In this document: positions 32,726 through 41,493 of the stretch, in pieces
Position numbering within the stretch: the stretch's first letter is position 1
Layout of the letters: each line of letters opens with the position of its first letter
Source: Myxococcota bacterium
GTDB taxonomy: Bacteria > Myxococcota_A > SURF-8
Reading direction: 5' to 3'
Length of the DNA: 64,000 nucleotides
NCBI GenBank assembly: GCA_965140415.1
Contig: OZ223209.1
Location: 1,792,001 to 1,856,000, forward strand
Made by a program: the position numbers and the translations under genes
The notes under the pieces: generated by a model
What the model was told of the DNA's origin: nothing
The model's database searches: none
Seen by the model: only the letters and a program-made list of their open reading frames with translations

Positions 32726-32826
32726 TGTGCCATAGTCTTACGCGATCGAAGATCGTGGAAGGCTGTGTGTCTTCAATAGGTTATACACGGCCTCCCGGAA
32801 TTTTCATTCCGTGAGACCATGGCACA
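32726..32826. repeat. REPIN-like palindromic element (TGTGCCATAGTC family)
   Basis: TGTGCCATAGTCTTACG pairs with CGTGAGACCATGGCACA around three inner hairpins; a half copy lies at 39096-39135. Confidence 0.7.
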
Positions 32827-32899
32827 TCATGATTACTCGGTGGGCAGAAATGAGTAATATCTGTTATAATTCCTCTATTTAAAATGAACGATATATGCT

Positions 32900-33187
32900 T
32901 CAGCCCCGGTCGGATGGATGGAGCTTGAACAGCAGTTTCATCACGACCAGTGAACCGATGCACAACGAAATGAAACTATTAGCGCCGATGATCAGCCAGT
33001 CTTCGCGGAACAGGCCGTAAAACAGCCAGCACAAGGTTCCCGCGCCGAATACACCCAGCATGGCAAAGGAGAGATCCTCCAGCCTCCGGGTTTTATAACC
33101 TTTGACGATCTGTGGTACCCAACTCGTGGAAGTCAGCAGGGCGCCGAAAAATCCGAGCACGATGAAAATCCAGCCGTTCTCGTCCAC
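32900..33187 (-). CDS. SemiSWEET/PQ-loop transporter
   Basis: LTSTSWVPQIVKGYKTRRLEDLS, WLFYG, IIGAN; 3 TM; 95 aa. Confidence 0.9.
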   Translation of the reverse strand: MDENGWIFIVLGFFGALLTSTSWVPQIVKGYKTRRLEDLSFAMLGVFGAGTLCWLFYGLFREDWLIIGANSFISLCIGSLVVMKLLFKLHPSDRG

Positions 33188-33217
33188 GTTCGCTCCTTAT
33201 CAACTTGTTAAGAAAAA

Positions 33218-33625
33218 TCAGGTGTCCTTCTCGATGCCTTCACCGAAGAAGTTGAGCGTTTCGTAAGCCGCCGCATTGGCTCCGTAGGAGCGCACCCATT
33301 CTTCCGAAACGAAAATCGTGGCCTGCTCGCCGAAGCGTTTGGAAAAGAAAACCTGTCCCTGTGCGCCGTCGGTATAACGGAAATGAATTTCCGCCAGGTT
33401 GCTGTCCACCTCCGAATCCAGATTGGCCGAGCAGACCGGGCAGAGGAATTTGATCATATCTCCTGGGGAAAAGGAGAAATCGTCGCTGGCGATCATCTGG
33501 TAGTTGCCCGGCTGTGGACTGAACAACACCAGGCCGCGACTCATATCCTTCACGGCGGTTAAAATGATTTTTACGTTCGGGTTCAACGTCGCGTTGCATT
33601 TAGGACAGTAGTAATATCGTTTCAT
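33218..33625 (-). CDS. Hypothetical protein with two CPxC motifs (Zn-ribbon-like)
   Basis: YYCPKCNATL and FLCPVCSANL; RBS GGGAG. Confidence 0.75.
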   Translation of the reverse strand: MKRYYYCPKCNATLNPNVKIILTAVKDMSRGLVLFSPQPGNYQMIASDDFSFSPGDMIKFLCPVCSANLDSEVDSNLAEIHFRYTDGAQGQVFFSKRFGEQATIFVSEEWVRSYGANAAAYETLNFFGEGIEKDT

Positions 33626-33773
33626 TGCGTTTTCTCCCTATTGGCAGACCCGTTATGCACCGGTACGATATCGATGAGGATCACCCTTATGCTACTCCGT
33701 TTCGAAGCGGGGGTCAATTCCGGACAACCTCCGAAATACGGGATGGTTGCATTGAAAGGTATTGAAAGCCTTT

Positions 33774-33862
33774 CCGATTTCAGGGTGGCGCGGGCTAAGC
33801 CGCAGGCTTGCCCGTGTTCGAGAGTCACATGGGTAAGCTCCATTTACTTCGTTTCACCCATG
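33774..33862. repeat. Dispersed ~90-bp two-hairpin repeat, copy 1
   Basis: Near-identical to 58520-58609, with an identical core CAGGGTGGCGCGGGCTAAGCCGCAGGCTTGCCCGTGT. Confidence 0.9.
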
Positions 33863-33919
33863 ATTCCCATTGCAACATATCGCGATATACCCCCTACCGA
33901 AAAGCTCCATAAAAACACG

Positions 33920-33947
33920 TTGAAAGCGCAAGCTTTACGGGTATAAT
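33920..33947 (+). promoter_or_regulatory. Sigma70-like promoter for the thioesterase-mlaE unit
   Basis: TTGAAA-16 nt-TATAAT. Confidence 0.55.
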
Positions 33948-33986
33948 CCGCCGAACGATCTGGATTACTTGAAAACAGGAGTATTT

Positions 33987-34430
33987 ATGCGCGAGTCCGA
34001 ACTCTCATTCCCCGTTCCTCTGTACGAAGTCGATATCGGCGGTGGCGTATACCACGGACATTACTTTCATTTTTTCGAACTGGGGCGCGAAGCGCTGCTG
34101 CGCGCGGTTGGCTTGCCTTATCCCGAACTCGTCGAGTTGGGAGCGCATCTGACGGTCGCCCAGTGCCAGGTGCAGTATCACAAACCGTTGCGCTATAACG
34201 ATCCGGCCCGCATTCGCTGCGGCTTCGTTTCATTAGGCAATCGCAGCGTCCGCATCAGTCATCGCATTCTGGTCAACGACGTCTTGTATACCGAGGCGGA
34301 ACTGGCGATGGTCTGTGTCGATCGCCACACGGGACGCGCCACCGAACTTCCCCAGGCATTGCGCGACGGCGTAGCGGCCTGGGAAGAGGGCGGTAACGGG
34401 CAGATAGCTACAGAGAGGCAGGTGGACTGA
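33987..34430 (+). CDS. YbgC/FadM-family acyl-CoA thioesterase (hot-dog fold)
   Basis: YEVDIGGGVYHGHYFHFFELGRE and YHKPLRYND; RBS AGGAG before ATG 33987. Confidence 0.88.
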   Translation: MRESELSFPVPLYEVDIGGGVYHGHYFHFFELGREALLRAVGLPYPELVELGAHLTVAQCQVQYHKPLRYNDPARIRCGFVSLGNRSVRISHRILVNDVLYTEAELAMVCVDRHTGRATELPQALRDGVAAWEEGGNGQIATERQVD

Positions 34431-35191
34431 TCTCGGCGCTCGTTCGATTCATTCTGCAACTGGGGGACATCGGCAATTTCTTTTTGCGAGCGGTGTACTG
34501 GGCGCTGCGCCCGCCATACGATGTCGCCGAGTGGGTGCGCATCATGAACAGCATCGGCTGGCGTTGCCTGATTCCGGTGCTGTGCGTGGTGGGACCGATG
34601 GGCGCGGCAGTCAGCTTGCAAGGCATGAAACTGTTGCAGATGTTCGGTACCGAGCACATGCTTTCCTCCATGCTCTCTATCGCGATTCTGCGCGAAATCA
34701 GCCCCGTCATGGCATCGATGATGGTCGCCAGCCAGGCGGGTTCTTCTATCGCAGCGGAATTGGGTGCCATGCGCGTCAAGGAGGAAATCGACGCCCTGGA
34801 GGTCATGGCGGTCAATCCCATGCAGCGGCTGGTCGCCCCGCGCCTGTTGGCCGGGTTGATCATCACCCCGCTATTGAATGCGGTCGCCTCCTTTGTGGGT
34901 TTGCTGGGCGGCTATCTGGTGGCGGTGCCGATCAAAGGCATGAATTCGGGTACCTTCTGGGCGAACCTGTTCGAACTCGTCTCCACTCAGGATCTGACTA
35001 TCGGACTGATCAAAACCAGCCTGTTCGGTTTGATCATAACCACCATCGCCAGCTATTACGGCTATCACGTTACCGGCGGAGCGGAAGGCGTTGGGCGCGC
35101 CACCAACCGCACCGTCGTCTACAGCGTCGTGGTCGTCCTGCTCTTCAACTACCTGCTTTCCAGCCTGTTTTACGGTAAAACCATCGGATAA
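34427..35191 (+). CDS. mlaE: MlaE-family ABC transporter permease, probable CTG start
   Basis: LREISPV, GSSIAAELGAMRVKEEIDALEVMAVNP, GGAEGVGRATNRTVV. MlaE-like sequence continues upstream of TTG 34484 to CTG 34427. Confidence 0.88.
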   Translation: MISALVRFILQLGDIGNFFLRAVYWALRPPYDVAEWVRIMNSIGWRCLIPVLCVVGPMGAAVSLQGMKLLQMFGTEHMLSSMLSIAILREISPVMASMMVASQAGSSIAAELGAMRVKEEIDALEVMAVNPMQRLVAPRLLAGLIITPLLNAVASFVGLLGGYLVAVPIKGMNSGTFWANLFELVSTQDLTIGLIKTSLFGLIITTIASYYGYHVTGGAEGVGRATNRTVVYSVVVVLLFNYLLSSLFYGKTIG

Positions 35192-35335
35192 CTGTGAAAT
35201 AAAATTATCCCGATTCTTTCCTCATCTCCTTTCGTAAAAGATTTGACCCCGCAGTCTTAGGGCGCTAAGCTTTCAGCATAGAGAAGAATTTGGTTGTTGG
35301 GGAACCCTACTTTTTAGCGAAAGGGAGTATCGTTC

Positions 35336-35866
35336 ATGGCGATTTTTCAATTCGACGACCGCGTTCCGAAGATCGGAAAGAATTGCTACATTGCAGACAG
35401 CGCCGAGGTGATCGGCTCGGTTGTTTTGGGTGACGACTGCTACGTGGGACCGGGTGCCAAGATTCGCGGCGACTACGGCCAGGTATTCATCGGCAGCAAC
35501 ACCGGAGTCGAGGAAAACTGCGTGATTCACGCCCGGCCCGATGAAGTCTGCACCATCGGCGACTGGGTCACTATCGGTCACGGCTCGATCATCCACAACG
35601 TCGCCAAAATCGACGACTACGCGGTTATCGGCATGGGTGCCATCGTCAGCGACTGGGCGATCGTCGGGCGCTGGGCGGCGGTCGGCGAAGGTGCGGTCGT
35701 GCGCAACAAGCAGGACATTCCACCGGGTGGCATCGTGGTGGGCGTACCCGCCAAGCTGATCGGTCAGACAAGCCAGGAATGGCGGGAGCAGTGGAAGATC
35801 TTCAAGCAGTATTACGTTGAATTTGCCCGGACGTATCGGCAGCGCTTGAAACGGCTGGATGGCTAA
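35336..35866 (+). CDS. Gamma-carbonic-anhydrase-like hexapeptide protein
   Basis: IRGDYG, ENCVIH, VTIGHGSIIH, VGVPAK. Confidence 0.9.
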   Translation: MAIFQFDDRVPKIGKNCYIADSAEVIGSVVLGDDCYVGPGAKIRGDYGQVFIGSNTGVEENCVIHARPDEVCTIGDWVTIGHGSIIHNVAKIDDYAVIGMGAIVSDWAIVGRWAAVGEGAVVRNKQDIPPGGIVVGVPAKLIGQTSQEWREQWKIFKQYYVEFARTYRQRLKRLDG

Positions 35867-35915
35867 CCGTTAGAGCGGTCGTTACACTATACGTCTTGAA
35901 AACGGGAGGAAACTC

Positions 35916-37271
35916 ATGGAAATGCTTGATCGCTGGTTTCACCTGACCGAAGCCGGATCGACCTTGCACGACGAATTGCGTGGCGGGGCGACGACCTTTC
36001 TTACCATGGCCTACATCATTTTCGTGCAGCCGGCCATTCTTTCCATCGCTGGTATGCCCTATGATTCCGTTTTTCTAGCCACCTGCCTGGCCGCTTCTGC
36101 GGCGACGATTTTAATGGGTTTGGTAGCGCGCTATCCCATCGCCCTGGCTCCGGGTATGGGCGAGAACTTTTTCTTCGTCTTCTCGGTAGCGCTGGTAAAG
36201 GTCGGTGGCGAAACGGTAGGTTGGGAAAGTGCCTTGGCAGTGGTTTTCATTTCCGGCATTCTTTTCTTTGCGTTGACGGTGTTCAAGATCCGCCAGATGA
36301 TCCTGGAAGCCGTTCCGGCGAGTTTACGCAACGCCATCGCCGTGGGCATCGGTCTGTTTATCGCCGAAATCGGCTTGATGCATGGCGGGATCATCGTTGT
36401 GGATCGCATCAGCCTGCTGCCGAAACTGGGGGATCTTTCCAGTCCGCCGGTTTTCCTTTCCATTTTCGGTCTGTTGATTACGGCGGGTTTGTTGCTGCGC
36501 GGCTTCAGGGGCGCGATTTTGTGGGGTATCCTGATTATGACCGGGTTGGGTCTATTGGTCGGAGTCGTACAGTATAAAGGCATCGTCGCATTACCTCCCG
36601 GCGATTTCTCCGTTTTCTTTGCAATGGATTTCAGCAAGGTGTTTACACACCCGGAATTCATCACGCTGATTCTGGTGTTTCTGTTTATGGATATGTTCGA
36701 TACCTTGGGAACGCTGGTCGGAGTGAGCGAGCAGGCCGGGTTCATCAAGGAAAATGGCGAACTGCCACGAGCCAACCGGGCGCTGTTATGCGATGCCGCC
36801 GGAACGGTGGCCGGTGCCTGCATGGGAACCAGTACCGTTACTTCTTATATCGAATCGGCCTCCGGCGTTACCGCCGGTGCGCGTACCGGCCTGGCCAATC
36901 TCGTAACCGGCCTGCTCTTTCTGGTTGCGCTGTTCTTTTCGCCGCTGGTTTCGATGGTCGGTGCGGGCTGGCAGATTCCCGGCTCGGACCCGGCGGTGTT
37001 TCTGTATCCGATAACCGCTCCGGCTTTGGTGCTGGTCGGCGTGATGATGATGCGCAACGTGCTGAAAATCGACTGGAACGACTACGGCGAAGCCATCCCG
37101 GCCTTTTTGACCATTCTCGGCATCCCCCTTGCATTTTCGATTTCCGACGGCCTGGCCTTCGGTTTCATCAGTTATCCGTTGCTGGCGCTGCTCGGAGGGC
37201 GAGCGAAGAAGATTTCGCCCCTGCTCTTTGTACTGGCGCTTCTGTTCTTCTTGCGGTACGCTCTACTCTGA
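35916..37271 (+). CDS. NCS2/AzgA-type purine permease
   Basis: TTFLTMAYIIFVQP, APGMG, FDTLGT, TSYIESASG...GARTGL. Confidence 0.93.
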   Translation: MEMLDRWFHLTEAGSTLHDELRGGATTFLTMAYIIFVQPAILSIAGMPYDSVFLATCLAASAATILMGLVARYPIALAPGMGENFFFVFSVALVKVGGETVGWESALAVVFISGILFFALTVFKIRQMILEAVPASLRNAIAVGIGLFIAEIGLMHGGIIVVDRISLLPKLGDLSSPPVFLSIFGLLITAGLLLRGFRGAILWGILIMTGLGLLVGVVQYKGIVALPPGDFSVFFAMDFSKVFTHPEFITLILVFLFMDMFDTLGTLVGVSEQAGFIKENGELPRANRALLCDAAGTVAGACMGTSTVTSYIESASGVTAGARTGLANLVTGLLFLVALFFSPLVSMVGAGWQIPGSDPAVFLYPITAPALVLVGVMMMRNVLKIDWNDYGEAIPAFLTILGIPLAFSISDGLAFGFISYPLLALLGGRAKKISPLLFVLALLFFLRYALL

Positions 37272-37337
37272 TGAGCAGGTTCTATTAAGAAGTCGGTGTG
37301 AAAGATAAAACCGAACCCAATCGCAAAGGAACCGCGC

Positions 37338-38540
37338 ATGATTACCACATCAGATGATTCCATCCGTTCGCTGATTCCCGAACTGATCGCTACTCGCAGG
37401 GACTTGCATCAGTATCCCGAGTTGGGCTACAAGGAAAAACGTACCTGCAAAAAAGTAGCCGACCGATTGGAAGAACTCGGTTTCGAGGTGCGCCGCGATG
37501 TAGCGAAAACCGGCGTGATTGGCTTGTGGCGTGGAGAAGTCCCGGAAGGAGAAAAAGCGACGACAATCGCCTTCCGCGCCGATCTGGATGCGTTGCCGCT
37601 GGAGGAATTGAGCGACCACGACTACATGTCCAGAAATCCGGGTGTCATGCATGCCTGCGGGCATGACGGTCATACCGCCATCTTGCTGGCGTTCGCACGT
37701 TGGCTGAGCGAACGAAAAGAGAAGCTTCCGGGGCACGTCAAGCTGTTGTTTCAACCGGCGGAAGAAGGTTTAGGTGGTGCGGAGCCGATGATCCGCCAGG
37801 GCGCATTGCGCGACCCGGATGTCAATTGCATTTTCGGCCTTCATTTGTGGAATCCGCTGCCGGTGGGCACCATCGGTGTACGCCCCGGTCCCATGATGGC
37901 GTCGGCGGATGAATTTACGGTTACAGTCAAAGGTCGCGGAGGGCATGGCGCGATTCCTCAACAGGCGGTGGATGCTGTCGTGGTGGCGTCGCATATCGTG
38001 ACGTTACTGCAAACCATTGTCAGTCGTTCCATCGATCCATTAAAGCCCGCCGTCATCACCGTCGGCAAATTGCAGGCCGGTTCCGCTCATAACATCATCG
38101 CCGAAACGGCAACGTTGGTGGGTACGGCGCGTGCTTTCGATACGGACGTGCGAAGCGCCATCCCGGAACTGATTCAGCGCACAGCCAATGGCGTGGCGCG
38201 TGCAATGGGTGCGGAAATCGATTTCGACTGGCGACCGCAATATCCACCGACCATCAACGATGGCCGTGTGACGAGTTTTGCAAAACGCATTTCCAAGGAA
38301 CTGGTAGGACCGGAAAACGTGCTGCGTCCCGATCCTTCCATGGGTGCGGAGGATATGTCGTTTTATTTAAACGCCGTTCCCGGTTGCTTTATCTTTCTAG
38401 GATCTTCCAATAAGGAAAAGGGTCTGGACAAGCCGCACCACAATCCCTATTTCAACTTCGATGAAGACGCCATGCCGATCGGCGTGGCGTTATTCGCCCG
38501 TATAACCGAATCCTTTTTCGAAAAGAATCCGCTGGGGTAG
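37338..38540 (+). CDS. M20D amidohydrolase
   Basis: RRDLHQYPEL, RADLDALP, MHACGHDGH, FQPAEE, GGHGA, MGAEDM, HHNPYF. Confidence 0.93.
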   Translation: MITTSDDSIRSLIPELIATRRDLHQYPELGYKEKRTCKKVADRLEELGFEVRRDVAKTGVIGLWRGEVPEGEKATTIAFRADLDALPLEELSDHDYMSRNPGVMHACGHDGHTAILLAFARWLSERKEKLPGHVKLLFQPAEEGLGGAEPMIRQGALRDPDVNCIFGLHLWNPLPVGTIGVRPGPMMASADEFTVTVKGRGGHGAIPQQAVDAVVVASHIVTLLQTIVSRSIDPLKPAVITVGKLQAGSAHNIIAETATLVGTARAFDTDVRSAIPELIQRTANGVARAMGAEIDFDWRPQYPPTINDGRVTSFAKRISKELVGPENVLRPDPSMGAEDMSFYLNAVPGCFIFLGSSNKEKGLDKPHHNPYFNFDEDAMPIGVALFARITESFFEKNPLG

Positions 38541-38584
38541 GGGGCGGTTGTGACAACTTGCAGAAATTGCGGAGCATGACCGGA

Positions 38585-39055
38585 ATGGCAGCATTGACGA
38601 TAAGACAGGTGGATTCTTCTGATGCTCCATTCAACCTGTTATTGGAAGCGGACCCAAGCTTAGATCAGATCGAAACCTATCTGCCCATTTCCGAATGTTA
38701 TGTCGCGGAAGAAAAAGGAGAAATCGTCGGCGTATGCGTTCTATGCAGACGCTCGGAAAAGATGACGGAGTTGATGAACATCGCCGTCGCTCCAGCGCGT
38801 CAGAGGCAAGGGATCGGAACGAGAATATTGAAAGAGGCGATCTCCGTCGCTCGGTCCTCAAAGCTGGAAAGTCTTGAAGTCGGAACGGGAACATTCGGCT
38901 ATCAACTTGCCTTTTATCAGCGGGCGGGATTTCGAGTGGACCGGATCGATAAGGATTTCTTCTTGAAAAACTATACCGAACCGATCTTCGAGAACGGTAT
39001 ACAATTGAAAGATATGCTCCGGCTTGTATTATATCTAGAGCAAATAAATGAGTAG
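38585..39055 (+). CDS. GNAT N-acetyltransferase
   Basis: LLLEADPS, ELMNIAV, QRQGIG, FYQRAGFR, ENGIQLKDM. Confidence 0.88.
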   Translation: MAALTIRQVDSSDAPFNLLLEADPSLDQIETYLPISECYVAEEKGEIVGVCVLCRRSEKMTELMNIAVAPARQRQGIGTRILKEAISVARSSKLESLEVGTGTFGYQLAFYQRAGFRVDRIDKDFFLKNYTEPIFENGIQLKDMLRLVLYLEQINE

Positions 39056-39078
39056 GATGGGCAATTGCCTTGCCCATC
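39052..39078 (+). repeat. GTAG-family REP, single copy
   Basis: GTAG-GATGGGCAA-TTGCC-TTGCCCATC; homologous to the REP pair at 45272-45344; overlaps the GNAT stop codon. Confidence 0.8.
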
Positions 39079-39095
39079 ATCTCTGCCGTTTGCCT

Positions 39096-39135
39096 TGTGG
39101 CATAGTCTCACGAACGGAGTTCGGGAGGCTATGTG
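39096..39135 (+). repeat. Half copy of the TGTG(G/C)CATAGTC REP family
   Basis: TGTGGCATAGTCTCACGAA-CGGAG-TTCGGGAGGCTATG hairpin; matches the left arm of 32726-32826. Confidence 0.65.
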
Positions 39136-39169
39136 CTTTGTTGATGTGATCCTTTCATCAGGATTGTAT

Positions 39170-39478
39170 TTACCGCTTGATTTCTTCCTTCACGTTTACC
39201 TGCACCGAATCGATTTTTCCGTCCAAGCGCCCGGATGAGCCGCGACGGTCGTCGATTTTGATTGCCGTGCTAACGCGCTCCGATTGTGCAGCCATATTCA
39301 GATGTACCTTTTTGATCAGTTCGAAAACCTGATCGGCTTCGCCCTCAACGATGGTGCCCATGGCTGTCAGCCGGTAATCCAGACCCGAAGCCTGAATCAG
39401 TTCGATGGATTGCGCCACGTATTTCGAAAACCCTTCCAGGGTCTTGTCGATTGGAGTAACGGAAAATTCAGCCAACAT
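39170..39478 (-). CDS. MTH1187/thiamine-binding family protein
   Basis: MLAEFSVTP, SKYVA, YRLTAMGTIVEG, RVSTAIKIDDR. Confidence 0.9.
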   Translation of the reverse strand: MLAEFSVTPIDKTLEGFSKYVAQSIELIQASGLDYRLTAMGTIVEGEADQVFELIKKVHLNMAAQSERVSTAIKIDDRRGSSGRLDGKIDSVQVNVKEEIKR

Positions 39479-41273
39479 GATGATGTCCTCCGTTGTTTCG
39501 TCTTTGCCTTCGAATGATAGATAAACCTAGCAAGGAGAAGAGTAACCAGATGCCAGACGGCGTACCCGAATTCCGGCAACCGGAATCGGGACCATCCGGG
39601 ATGCGAGTGTCGCCGTCAGTGGTATCGTCACCGTCCGGGATCACATATTGATTCGGCGGTTCGAAATCCTCATCGCCGCCTTGCGTCGGCGTGCCTTCCA
39701 CACAATGGCCTTCGCCGTCGCAGATACTAGACGCCGTTTGCGGATCGCCGTCATCGCAGGAAACGCCGTAACTCTGCGCCGTGCGGCAGTTCGCCAGGCA
39801 GCAGTCGCTATCGTCGCGGTTGCCGTCGTCGCAGATTTCGCCTTCTTCCAATTCACCGTTACCGCAGGTGCTCTGAATTCCCAGCCATTCTGCCGCCGCC
39901 ATGACATCCACTCGCGGTGCCTCATTCGGTTCGCTTGGCAACTCGACATTAACCCCGCTCTCCGTCATTGCCTGCACGATCTCCTCGTTTGTGGCTTGCG
40001 GTTTCAGCGAAATCAATAGTGCCGCAGCGCCGGCTGCAATCGGTGTTGCCTGGCTGGTGCCGGTGAACCATAAACCGGCTGAGCCATAAATGTCGGTCGA
40101 ATAAACTTCGACGCCGGGAGCCAATAGATCCAAACAGGAACCGATATTCGTAAAGCATGCCAGGGTATCGGGCAAGGCGTTTTCATCGTGACAGTTGGCG
40201 TCGGAAAATTCTCCTTGGGCGGGATAGCGCCCATAGTCCTGGTCGTAAACCGCACCGACGGAAATGGTGGAAGAAAAACAGGCAGGCAGCGCCATTTTGC
40301 CTCGTCCTCCGAAATTGCCGGTGCAGGCAAAGTTGATGACTCCGGCTTCTTCCAGATTATCGTAGGCGTCTCGCGCGACTTGCGACCAGCTAAATTCGTC
40401 GCCGCAAGGGCAGGAGGAAAATAAATCCCAGCTTTGCAGGCTAGAATTACTTACGCGAAGTTCCGGCCAATCCTCGATGTGCTCGGCGACGTAATCCGCC
40501 GCTGCCGCCCAATCACTCACCCAGCCGGAGTTGTCGCTGTCCAGTACTTTGAAAATCAAAAGCTTGGCTTTCGGCGCCATGCCCGTCGGCGCGATCGTTC
40601 CCGCGGCTGCCAGAATTCCGGCAACGTTGGTGCCATGGCCGTGATCGTCGGCGATAGCGCCTGCTACGAATCCACTTTCATTCAAAAATGAGCCACCCGC
40701 GATAATGCGGCCAGAAAAATCGGGATGCGTGGTGTTGATTCCAGAATCGAATATCGCCACCGTTACGTTTTCGCCGCCGATTCCGTATTGATTGCGAAAA
40801 TCGGAAGCCCCGACAAACGGAACCGTTTCCGCGGCTTGACCAAAAATACGCGCATCCGCACCGATTCGAAGAACGTTCGGATTCTCAGCAAGTTTTTCCA
40901 CGACTTGCGGCGAGGCAGTCAGTGTCAACGCGGAAAGATGGCGATAGCGATAAACTTCTTGCCAGCCTTCATTAGGAAGTTGATTTAAAACGAGTTGCTG
41001 CCGTTCATAAATCTCGCGACTCCCCGCGATGCTCAAGGCGGAAAGGCGGAACTTTTGCAAGGAGTTGGCAAGTTGCACGATGACAACCTGCTCGCGTCCC
41101 GCTTGCATGTTTTCAAGCACTTTCGCCTCGATTGTAGCCGCCTGAGCCGCCCGAAAAAGGCTGCCGGAAATGCACGCAACCGACACCAAAAAGCACAGTA
41201 AAAGCACACGAAAGCTACACAAGCCGACAAGTAGGCGATTGGTGTATTTTGAGGTAGTATAGGGTTTCATCAA
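39468..41273 (-). CDS. Secreted S8 subtilase with a myxobacterial Cys-rich repeat and MYXO-CTERM-like tail
   Basis: Catalytic triad IFDSGI, HGTNVAG, GTSQATP; repeat CGNGELEEGEICDDGN; tail SGCRNSGTPSGIWLLFSLLGLSIIRRQRR. Confidence 0.92.
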   Translation of the reverse strand: MMKPYTTSKYTNRLLVGLCSFRVLLLCFLVSVACISGSLFRAAQAATIEAKVLENMQAGREQVVIVQLANSLQKFRLSALSIAGSREIYERQQLVLNQLPNEGWQEVYRYRHLSALTLTASPQVVEKLAENPNVLRIGADARIFGQAAETVPFVGASDFRNQYGIGGENVTVAIFDSGINTTHPDFSGRIIAGGSFLNESGFVAGAIADDHGHGTNVAGILAAAGTIAPTGMAPKAKLLIFKVLDSDNSGWVSDWAAAADYVAEHIEDWPELRVSNSSLQSWDLFSSCPCGDEFSWSQVARDAYDNLEEAGVINFACTGNFGGRGKMALPACFSSTISVGAVYDQDYGRYPAQGEFSDANCHDENALPDTLACFTNIGSCLDLLAPGVEVYSTDIYGSAGLWFTGTSQATPIAAGAAALLISLKPQATNEEIVQAMTESGVNVELPSEPNEAPRVDVMAAAEWLGIQSTCGNGELEEGEICDDGNRDDSDCCLANCRTAQSYGVSCDDGDPQTASSICDGEGHCVEGTPTQGGDEDFEPPNQYVIPDGDDTTDGDTRIPDGPDSGCRNSGTPSGIWLLFSLLGLSIIRRQRRNNGGHHHVG

Positions 41274-41338
41274 GTTGCTTATCGCTCCATTTAGTATGTT
41301 GTAACAACAAAAAGCAGTGACCTTGGACGCATCACAAC

Positions 41339-41367
41339 AGTGTATGACCGCTAAAAAGCATTGTCAA
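41339..41367 (-). promoter_or_regulatory. Sigma70-like promoter for the S8 peptidase
   Basis: TTGACA-17 nt-TACACT. Confidence 0.6.
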
Positions 41368-41430
41368 CTGGTGCGTTAGGTGTCAGGTAGTGCGCATCTT
41401 CGGATTGGGGAAAGTAAAATATGGATTTGT

Positions 41431-41457
41431 AAAAAAACGGCGCGGAAGGCCGCGCCG
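41431..41457 (-). terminator. Intrinsic terminator closing the arcE-arcC-arcB operon
   Basis: CGGCGCGG-CCTT-CCGCGCCG followed by T7. Confidence 0.88.
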
Positions 41458-41493
41458 AGAAGGAATAGTCAATTATACTGTAAAACCAAGAGC

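Noticed and set aside
38537-38557. GTAGGGGGCGGTTGTGACAAC, a possible REP remnant at the amidohydrolase stop
   Set aside because: Incomplete palindrome with no second copy in the window.
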